A stretch of 64,000 nt of DNA from NCBI GenBank assembly GCA_950097015.1, contig CATNEN010000003.1, forward strand, positions 124,001 to 188,000. Reading direction: 5' to 3'. The notes beneath the pieces are model-generated. The model was not told the origin of the DNA. It saw only the letters and a list, made by a program, of their open reading frames with translations, and searched no databases. Every line of letters begins with the position of its first letter. The stretch's first letter is position 1. This document shows, piece after piece, positions 24,476 to 34,796 of the stretch. The DNA comes from Macrostomum hystrix (Eukaryota; Animalia; Platyhelminthes). A program made the translations under genes and the position numbers.

Positions 24476-25969
24476 ATGTAACGTTGCTAACAATTGCATA
24501 TGAAGAATCGCGCTGACATTTGTATTGCACACGCGCTTGAAATATGATATGATGCACATGCGCAAATGATAACTACTGACTTGTTACCGTGCGAAAATAA
24601 GGTTTCAGAAACTCGACGAAAGCATGTTAACTAGTTCCGCGCTTTCCTCTGCGAATCTTTACAATTGTGTGTCCTTCGGACTTAGGCGTTAAATTCTTGA
24701 GAGTTAAAACAGTCTCCCAAAGCTTTTGCTGGACAATTTTCTTAGTTGTAGACCTATTCATACAAGCTGCCGTGAGGCGACTGAAATGTACAATTTAATT
24801 TTTCAAAAATGATCGTAATTTAGTTTTTGAAGCAAATTATATTTTTCTTTAATTATATTTTGTTATACAATTTATAATTGCTTATTTTCAAAATTTACAT
24901 TAAAAAAATAAGTTAAACAACTTAAAAAATGCGCACGTTTTCCACTTCACAGCTCCAAAAAGTCGCTATAGCAGATTTTTGCAGTACGCAAGACTTTTTA
25001 CATTACAAAATAGACACTTTCAAGTGCATTTTTTATTCAGTGTCAGAAGGCGTTTTAGTTACCTATTTGGTATTTTTTCTTTTAAAGATTTTTGTGAAAT
25101 CAGATCTTTTTAACTTATTACGAAACTGTGGACCCACACTTTTACGCAACGCAATGCGCATGATGTCATCTTAAAGCACTTGCTAAATGCTATTTATTGA
25201 CACCGCACTGAAAGCCAGGCGTAGCATCGTTAATACTCGTAAATGGCAGCGTGAAATATAGCAAATAAACGCATGGTACTGGAACCTCGTAATTTGGTAC
25301 AATGTTAATAGAGTCAAATTTCGAATTTTTGCACACTAACGAAGATGGCAGTCATCTGTACGTGTTTACTGGGCACAATAGTGCTCTTGGAAGCTAAGAA
25401 ATTCAGAGCGGAAATTAATAAATTTTCCGCCCTATGTAGTGCTCTGAATATAGGTTGTTTTTGCACAAAATCACGTTTTTCGACTTTGACAGTCAATTAT
25501 AACAAAACTTTGCACCTGACAGACGTGAATGTCACTTTTTCTGAGAGTAGTCATCTAGGTGTTTCTAATAAGTACCAATTTTGGCTCATTCTTTTGTTTC
25601 CCCTATCCTTAGTATAGGTACAAAATCATTATTTCCTTTCCAGCAAGTCACGTGACTTGGCCTAAAGTGTACAAAACATCGTGCAATGACAGCGAACATA
25701 CACTCAAATAAAAGTACATCAAAAATTTAGTCAATGACACCAAGCATGCCGCGCTCCGGTAATCCGCTCAAAAGTTACAGGCTAAAAAGTTGAATTTCCT
25801 CTATTTTGGTTCGAATACCAACCCGTCGAATATTCGAATGTAAATTAACAGGTGCGAATGTACAGTTAAAGTGAGTATCTTGGTTAAAGTCGTGCGTCAT
25901 GAAAGAGTCCCAGGTGCCATCGCCAGTATGACTCAGCTCAAAGGTCGCACTGACGCGCGACCTTTGAGC

Positions 25970-26430
25970 TATGACGAAGTTTCGGTCCCAATGTATAGGC
26001 GTAGCGGTTCGGTCTATTTGAATAGCAGTAAATTATTATTCGGCAGTAAATTGGGTCTTCAAATAACGAGATCGCTTAACGGTGAATGCTGGCTATATGA
26101 CTTAGAGATATGTTACTTAGAGACATATAGAGATATATCAAGATTCACTTGAAAGTAGTTACGGCTACAGTTGAAATTAGCCACACTTAAATAATAGCCA
26201 GCACTCAGTCGTAGAACCAGAACCAGGGGGGGGGTTGGGAGCCTTCCTGGAAAGGCCTAATTAGCACATTTGAATACGAACTACGACTATGTAGTACACT
26301 AAAACAAAACCATTATATATATATATGGAAAACCGAAGAAATATCCCTAACAAATATAGCTAACGAAAATAATGCACTTAATTAGAAATAGCATATTAAA
26401 ATTACATTAAATTAGAGAGACAACGTCACA
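25970..26430 (-). repeat. 3' LTR (461 bp)
   Basis: Identical by inspection to 34336-34796. Confidence 0.95.
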
Positions 26431-27120
26431 CTCGCCTCCCTCTCAGAAGCTTAATGGCCTACTAACAGTAGTGGCTACGAACATCGAAATGGCTAGCGAA
26501 AAAAACGATTTCAAAATTGTTGCTACGTTATTAGAGTTATTAGAATAGCTGTCTAGAAATATTTTGAAAATAAGGGTAACAATGGCAGTTTCAAGTGACA
26601 CAAAAACAGGCATTAAACTGCAAAGACGAACGGCAAAAACGGAATATCGAGTGGCAAAACTGAACGACGAATGGCAAAAATTCGAACAAAAACCAAAGGC
26701 AAAATTCAGCAAGATATTGGCAAATTGAACAACGTCATCAAACCGCAGAGGCAATAAAGAAATTGAAAATATTTTTGTTTTAGAAAATGCAATGTTTTTT
26801 TATTTTTTAAACAAAACCGACAAATAGACAAACACGAGAATTGTCTAGGACTGGCGAAAATTTCGGCGAATCGGCGGCGGAGCGAAAACCTGGACGGCCT
26901 CGACTACAGCACCAGCGGCCGCAGCCAAGCTAAGCTCCTAACTACAGGCTACAAACAATGACTACGACAAAGGCTTACACTATGGCCAAAACCTAATCCG
27001 AAGATTCAAGGCTCGACCGCAGAGATACTAACTAATGACAAAATGAAAAGATTGGCGAAAGCTATTAAAGAAAAGCTAACAGGCACACAGAACACAGGCA
27101 GCATACGACACGACTACACC

Positions 27121-30100
27121 TTAGCTCTCGCTACCTCTCCTGAACAGATTGACCAGCGTGGAAAGGAATCTGACCGGCGGCCTTACTTGCCGGCCGGACC
27201 TCGTAACAGTGCAAGCTGGTCTCTGTGCCTGGTCTGTCTGATCGTGTTCGTGTTCTATTTGTGGTTGTGGTTCTGGTGGCAGATTTGGTATTGCTGTTGC
27301 CTGAGGATCTGGATTTGGCTCTGCTGTGACTTCAACTTCAGCACCGATGTCTGGCACCTGTTCATTATTGACAATGTTTACTGCTTGTGGTGCTTGTTCA
27401 GGTTGCACCTCGGGTGGTGACTCTGGTTTAGTGACTGGTTGAGCATTTGGCTGTTCCACTGGCAGTGTTTTGATTGGCTGTTGAACTGGCTGTGTGATTG
27501 GCTGTTGAACTGGCTGTGTGATTGGCTGTTCGACTGGCTGTGTGATTGGCTGTTGAACTGTCTGTGTGATTGGCTGTTGAACTGGCTGTGTGATTGGCTG
27601 TTGAACTGGCTGTGTGATTGGCTTTTCGACTGGCTGTGTGATTGATGACGACTGGCTTCTCGGAAAAGAGCGGCTCTTCTGACCCGCAGGTGGGACAGTG
27701 ACCAAGTCTGGTTCGGAAGTCCAGTCAGAACTAAAGCTCAGCTGTCTGGAGCTGGAATCCAGATCTCCTTGTCCTAGCTTAGATGAGCGTGGCATCCTTG
27801 CTACAGTGTCTAATCTAAATCTATCAACCACATCCTGATAGTTTGGCTGGCGGATGCACCTCTTCATCCGGTCTACGTTATAGATGTTGTGACTAGGATT
27901 CGGGACTCTGAACGGATTCTCTCGCGAAAACTCTGGAATCAACCTATAGTTTCTCTCAGAGACCTTCTGAATAACCTTGTACGGACCAAACCAAACAGCT
28001 GGGTCGAGGCCCTTGTGGTCGGGGTTTAGAACCCACACTAGCTCTCCAACCTCGTAGCTTGACTTATAAACCGATCTGTCATAGTAACGCTTCTGCCTAG
28101 CCTGTGCCTTCTTCCTAACAGCCCGTGCGGTGGCAGAGGTTTCGACAAGAGTTCGGTGGAGTCGGTGCGCGTAACTGTCCGGGTCATAGCAATCTTGCCT
28201 TGGTGGGTTGTACATCAGGTCTAGGGGCATTTGAAATTCACGGCCCAGAAAAAGCTTAGCAGGTGTCATGCCTGTCGATTCGGATTCTAGAGAGCGGATG
28301 CTCATTCCTACACACCTAGCGGCAAAGGGCCAAGTCACATGCCTCTCAGCACAGACTGCTCGAATTTGACTCTTAATAGTCTGGATGTTGCGTTCCACCT
28401 TCCCGTTGGCCTGGGGGCGGCGAGCAGTGATTCTAACGGTATCGATCTCTAGCAAGCGGGTCAGCTCTGCAACAATGTTATTTATGAATGCTGTGCCATT
28501 GTCCGAGACCATTTGCTCCATAGCACCGTAGCGAACAATCCACTCTGTCAGGATTGCTGCCGCGGTTGTCTCGGCAGTTACGTCTTTCACAGGGACAATT
28601 TCCACAAATCCGGTGAATCTGTCAATCATTACAAGCAGATACCGGTAGCCTTCCTGTTCAGGGAACGGTCCGCAATGGTCTACATGCACGACCTGGTTCG
28701 GGTACCCGGCTAGGGTTGGCTGCATCGGAGCTTTGTTCTTTCGCTTGCATTTCTTAGTCCTAGCACAAATCTCACAGCTGGCTACGACTCCCTTGACTAT
28801 AGTTTCTAGGTTCGAGATTTGAAAGTTCTTTTTTACCACTCCTAAAGTCTTTTTTATCCCCGAGTGATTAACGGCTCTGTGGTAGTTGGTCACTAGCTCA
28901 TCTACATTCGCAGACTCAGGGATGACCGTAAGCTTGGCAGCGGGCTTCCTTTTCTTGGCTGGCTTGTTCCGAAGCAGCAGATCGTCCTCAACAGACAGTT
29001 CGTCAAACATAGCCCATAAGGCTCTGAGCTCACGACTGCAACCTTGGAGCTCCTGCTTAGACAACCTCTCTACCTTTCCAGCTACAGCATCTCTCAGGAA
29101 AACAAGATCAATGTTCGAATCCTGAGCACTACGGGCCCATTCTCTTTCTCTCTGTTCAGCCCCCGCCTCATCTTCGTTATCACTGCCTGGGTCTAGAACT
29201 TCGTCTGCGATCGTGGACCTATCCGAGACCTGGACTTGCACAGCATGTGCTGCGGCTGATGGCGGTGTTTCCGGTTTAGGTTTGGTGTCTACCTGAGTAC
29301 CTGCAGACGAGGTTGGGATGACTGGGCGCTTGCTAGCTTGATTAGGCTCAGGGATCTCAGGGACCCGTTGGAGGTCAGTCTGAACTGCTAAGTCTGTAAC
29401 CGGCTCATTTTGAAGCTGAATCCCTGAGTCGAATATCAGCTCGGTGGTCTGACAGCCAGTTGTGACTAGAGTCTGAGTACTGACACACATACGGCTGATT
29501 TTGACCTCACTAACATCCGATGGCGCTGGTTTTTTTCCCTTCTGGAACTTGGATATAAATTCTGGGATCAGGCTACAGGTTGGGCAGTCGAAATGGTCTG
29601 CTCTGAACTTCGGGTTGCGACTCAAAACATCCGCATTAACGTGGGATTCCCCGGCTCTGTGGGAGATTTTAAAATCGTACTCCGCTATTCTCTCCAGTGG
29701 AGTCTGGTCTACCTTGAAGGTGTAAGGCTCTAGTGTGACCAACCATTGGGCGAGCATTCCGGTTGCGTGTTTTTTCGAGTGTAACCACTTCAGAGCAATC
29801 GCATCTGTTCGCACTAGGAACTCCCGGTCAAGTAAGTAAGTCCTGAACTGCTCTAACATAAGAACCAGACCTAGGAGCTCCCTCAAGGTGGCGCAATAGT
29901 TTCGCTGCGCGCTGGTGAATTTTTTAGAAGCGTAGGCAATCACTTGTTCTACGTCGTTCCCATCTAGTTGGGAAAGGACTGCTCCCACACCGTCAAGGGA
30001 GCTGTCGCAGTCTAGAACAAAGGTGCCCGCTGTGGGACTCAGGTCTGGGTATCTCAGCACTGGTGGATTACATAGGCTGGACTTTAGTTCTTGGAAAGCG

Positions 30101-33100
30101 GCCTCGTGCACTTGGCGCCAAACAAATTTCTCAGAGCTCTTGGCTAGGGCATACAGAGGCGTGGCTATGATGGAGAATCTAGGGACAAACTTCCTGTAAT
30201 AATTGGCAAATCCCAGGAAGGAGAGAAGCTGCTTCTTATCCCTAGGTGTACACCACTGTTGAACGGCCTCAGTTTTTGGTCGGATCGGCTTCTATCCCTT
30301 TTGAGGAAACTATGAATCCCAGAAACTTCAGTTTGTCCTTGAAGAGCTCACACTTCGAGGGTCTGATTTTCAGATTCGCTTTTCTAAGCTGCCAGAAAAC
30401 TAGCGCCAGATGGGAAATCATCTCGTCGTTGTTTCTGGCCTTGATGATGACATCGTCTAGGTAAATTAGGCTAACCCTGAGCAAAAGAGGGCGAAACACG
30501 CGGTGCATCAGCCTGGCGAAACTTGCAGGCGCGGTCTTGATCCCATAGGGGACTACGGTCCAACGAAAGGTGCCCTGGGGACATGAGAACGCGGTGAGGT
30601 CTCGGTCAGCTTCCCGGATCCCTACCTGCCAGTAGGCGCTCGTCAGATCTAAACTACTAAAGACGGCGGATCCCGCTAAGCTATCGAAAGATTCGTCTAT
30701 TAAGGGCAGCGGGAAAGAGCACGGCTTTATGTGCTTGTTGAGCGCACGGTAATCTACGCAAAGGCGCCATGTACCGTCCTTCTTTTTCACAAGCACAATG
30801 GGTGAGGCCCACTCGGAGTCGCACTCTTCAACAACTCCCTGGTTTAGGAGCTGGGCGATGTACTTATCCAGAAATTCCTTTTGCGCTGGGGTTGTTCGCC
30901 TCGATGGCTGAGAAATCGGGCGACACTTCGGGTCCTTTAACTCGATTGACAGTTCATGCAGAGGGGTTCTACCGATGTCTGCTTCCGATTTCGAGATCTG
31001 GCTAAGAAAATAGTTCAGCATTTTTACTGTCGTATCCAGCTGCTCCTGGGTCAGGTTACGCTCCTGCAGGTGAAATTGGTCTAAGAGCCACTTGGCTGTC
31101 CCTGGATCTGGGTAGGGCAGCTTGCACAGCTTATCATTAAGCGCGCTCTCGTTGTCAATGCTGAAATCACTCTCACTAAGTCTGGTACTCACTACGCTCT
31201 CATCAGCTCCTAGCTTCTTGAAAGACGCTACCTCCTCGCCCTTGGCAATCCTCACCTCATCTTCGCCGCTGTTTAGGACTCTGACTAACACGTGACTAGT
31301 GGGGCTGACCTGGTCCAATGAATTGGCGACTATGATAGACGGGTCGGGGTCGAATAATCTGGCACTAACAACGCCATAGGAACTGCTCTCAGCGTCTATA
31401 GCCCTAGCTGGGATCAGCGTTTCTGAGCGGGGTGGCAGGACTGTATCGCAAGCGGCCACAACGCGATTCACGCTACAGATCGCATTGGTGCCGTGAAAAA
31501 TTGGGACGTACTCTCCAGCGCAGGTCACACGGTCACAGGCCATGTCCATGACGATTTGGAAATTACCACAGAAGTCCAACCCTAGCAGGATCTCGGATAA
31601 CTGGCCTTCAATCACTAAGAATATGTGCTGCTGTTTTAATTTGCCTAAACTCACTTCGCACTGGAGCTTGCCTAGTATTTGCGAACTAGCCCCATTGAAA
31701 CCAGTAGCTGTGCGCTGGGTGCGAGCAGGGGTAAAGACATTATTGATTGGATCAGCTTCTAGGAGCTTGTCTCGCATCTTCGGGCAAATCAGGGAGGCAT
31801 TGGCACCGGGATCTAGAAGGGCAACAGTCTTGGTCTCGCCAATCTCAACCTGAACATAGAATCCTGCCTTGTAACTGGGTAGGTCTGAAGACACTTCAGC
31901 ACACTTAGGGTCCGTCGACGTAGCTGTCACACTAATAGCTTTGTCTCTAGACTTGCCAGCGTCGGCGACACGGCTGAATGTCACGCTGGTACCCACTAGC
32001 TGGTGGCTTAAGGCCAGGTCTAACAGGGGCTGGACCAACTGAGACAGGTGCGCAAAAACAGAGTCGCCTATCTGAGAGGACTGGATGAACCCGTAAGAGT
32101 CTTTCCAATGAGTCACTACTCCCTTCTCTCTGGGTGGCCTCGAACTCGCATTTGGCTTAAAACTTTTTGGCTCCCTAAAGGGTTGCGGGGTCCTGAACTT
32201 CGAGGGTGGCGCACCAGTACCTGGCTCTCTAGGATAGGGGCATTCGGCAATGAGGTGGCCAGTCTCACTACACCTGAAGCATTTAGGTAGGGCGCCGCTC
32301 ATTCGGGCATGACTAGAGTAGTCTTGGGGGGACTTCTGAGATTGAAAGTTGTGCCTATGGCCACCACTGTTGCTATTAGTAGGTTTCTGTGTGCTTTGTT
32401 GTGGCCCTGACTGTTTCTTCTCCAGTTCTGCTATTCTCGCCTTCAGGGCTCGGATCTCGTCTGCTTCAACACTTCTAACCTTGGGTTGCTCAGTCAGTTT
32501 GAGCAGCTGCCTAGTTTGATCTGTGTCTCGAGCCCTAGCTAGGAGTCTCTCCAGTGAAGCCCTGGGTGCTTCATGCAGCATATTGATAAGTTTTTCGGCA
32601 ATAGTTTTGTCAGCCAAGCCATAGCAAAACCGCGTCCTTACTAGGGGCTCGTACTCAGAGCGGCTCATGTCCGCGGCATTTGCTAGGCCTATGAGGCGGT
32701 CAAAATACTCCTGGATACTCTCCGATGACAGCTGTTGGGCTGAGGTCAGTTCTATATAGTATTTATCTACGTGGGTTGGCTCGCCATACCGGCTTCTTAG
32801 ACTCTTCACTGCTTCATCAAAGCTTTTCTCGTGCAGACGATAGTTGTAAAAGAACTCTTGGCACTCGGGTGACAGGGATGAAAGCAACACTGCTGTCCGA
32901 TGCTCAGGCATGATCTCATTGGCTTCAAGAAACAGGCGGAATTGCGTCCACCAGATATCAAATTTGGTTTTGGGTGTGTAGGCCACTGGGGGTCTGAGCC
33001 GAGGGCTCGATTTCGGTATTCTAGAACTGGTGCTGGTGTTGTCACGGATTTGGGCTAGGGTTCTGGCGAGGTCACCTAAGGAGGTCTCGCGCTCCGGCTG

Positions 33101-33235
33101 CTCACCTCCCTCCATCTCCACCTCAGCACCTCCTTCTGTCCCAAGCCCATGGCCGATGCTCTCCTCTGGTCCCTGGCCTGACAATGCTGCCCCTGACTGG
33201 TTGACTTGGTCGGTATCTGAATTTACGCCTGACAT
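27121..33235 (-). CDS. Gag-Pol polyprotein (Gag, CCHC, cold-shock-like domain, protease, dUTPase-like remnant, RT, RNase H, integrase) broken by a single extra base at about 30275
   Basis: ORFs 33235-30269 and 30111-27121; removing one A from the A5 run at 30273-30277 restores ADPTKTEAVQQW...FLGFANYYRKF. Confidence 0.9.
27471..27643 (-). repeat. 24-bp coding tandem repeat (QPITQPVQ, about 7 copies) in the integrase C-terminal tail
   Basis: Plus-strand unit TGATTGGCTGTTGAACTGGCTGTG. Confidence 0.9.
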
Positions 33236-34315
33236 GACTAGAACTCAGACACACAACTAGAAAAAGAGGAGCGAAGAACGAGCTAGGCCTACACAAGAAA
33301 GAATGTGGCAGTTTACAAATGATTGAGCAACAAGTCTAGTACTAATGGTGGTCCTAAGTCTAAAGTTACTGCCACAATAGATCCTAATATAATAATAATA
33401 ATAAATAATTGAACTCAGCCTTAGCTGCAACCACCAGTTCCGAATCTCGGCCGCCGTTGTCTTCGGCACACTGCTCAGTTCGCCACGGCAATCGGCAAGG
33501 TTCGGCTCGACCAGGCTTGCTGCACACCGCTCGGCTCGGTTCGGTTCGGTTCAGCTTGGCTTTGGCTTGTTCGCAGATGGCAGGTGCCCTTCAGTCGCAG
33601 GCCCGTTCAACCCGCGAGGCGATGCTCTGATGCTACCCGATTGTTGTTGGCCGCTGTTGCAACTGCAGACTGGCACCGGCTGCCGTAGTAGCTGTTGTCG
33701 TGAACAGCTGGCGTAGGGCCGCTGCTGCCGGCGTTTGGCTAATTGACTGCTATTGCTGATGTTGTAAGTGACGACCCGGCGGAAATGCTTTGCAGTGCTA
33801 GCCTGGCTCGCCTAGTCCACAAAAATCAAGCGGGGCGCAGGCCGAGAGAACCCTTAGGCAATCGATTGCAATGGCTAGGCGCAGTTCAACAGACAAGAGG
33901 GGTGGCGCTCGGCGGGCTAAAGCTTTGGGGTTGTTGCGCTTGCAATTAAGAGTTGATACTCCTAACCAGGTGTGTTTAGTGGTCACGTGATTGGACACAG
34001 GCGCAGAGCACAGAGGTTGGCTGGTTGTCTGACCCTCCTTTAAGCTTAGCGTCTGACTCACTCTGCGAAGAAACACTGCCGATACGCTTAAGCTGATAAG
34101 GTTAGTTGTTGTTTACTTTCTCGATCGACTGTGTAGTAGGTAGGCTGTGCCGTGAACCGATAGTGCACGTGAACTGAATAGTCTGTGCCGTGAACCGAAT
34201 CACTGTATCACTGTTGGACTTTAGTAGACGGTACTTGGGATCTAATTAATGATGAGCATGAGCTAGCTTTTTGACGAATGACGATGATCGATGACCGAGT
34301 TCGAATTGTAATTGA

Positions 34316-34329
34316 CGGTGGGTCCTCCA
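34316..34329 (-). promoter_or_regulatory. Primer-binding site (probably tRNA-Thr-type), 6 nt from the LTR
   Basis: TGGAGGACCCACCG on the minus strand; a TGGAGG start matches tRNA-Thr 3' ends (...CCTCCA). Confidence 0.55.
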
Positions 34330-34335
34330 AATTTA

Positions 34336-34796
34336 TATGACGAAGTTTCGGTCCCAATGTATAGGCGTAGCGGTTCGGTCTATTTGAATAGCAGTAAATT
34401 ATTATTCGGCAGTAAATTGGGTCTTCAAATAACGAGATCGCTTAACGGTGAATGCTGGCTATATGACTTAGAGATATGTTACTTAGAGACATATAGAGAT
34501 ATATCAAGATTCACTTGAAAGTAGTTACGGCTACAGTTGAAATTAGCCACACTTAAATAATAGCCAGCACTCAGTCGTAGAACCAGAACCAGGGGGGGGG
34601 TTGGGAGCCTTCCTGGAAAGGCCTAATTAGCACATTTGAATACGAACTACGACTATGTAGTACACTAAAACAAAACCATTATATATATATATGGAAAACC
34701 GAAGAAATATCCCTAACAAATATAGCTAACGAAAATAATGCACTTAATTAGAAATAGCATATTAAAATTACATTAAATTAGAGAGACAACGTCACA
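34336..34796 (-). repeat. 5' LTR (461 bp)
   Basis: TGTGACG...CGTCATA termini; identical by inspection to 25970-26430. Confidence 0.95.

Larger units (their letters stand above)
25970..34796 (-). mobile_element. Young, nearly intact Ty3/gypsy LTR retrotransposon (8.8 kb)
   Basis: Two apparently identical 461-bp LTRs, TSD GAGC, PBS, PPT AGAGGGAGGCGAG; gag-CCHC-PR-RT(YLDD)-RNaseH-IN order. Confidence 0.97.
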
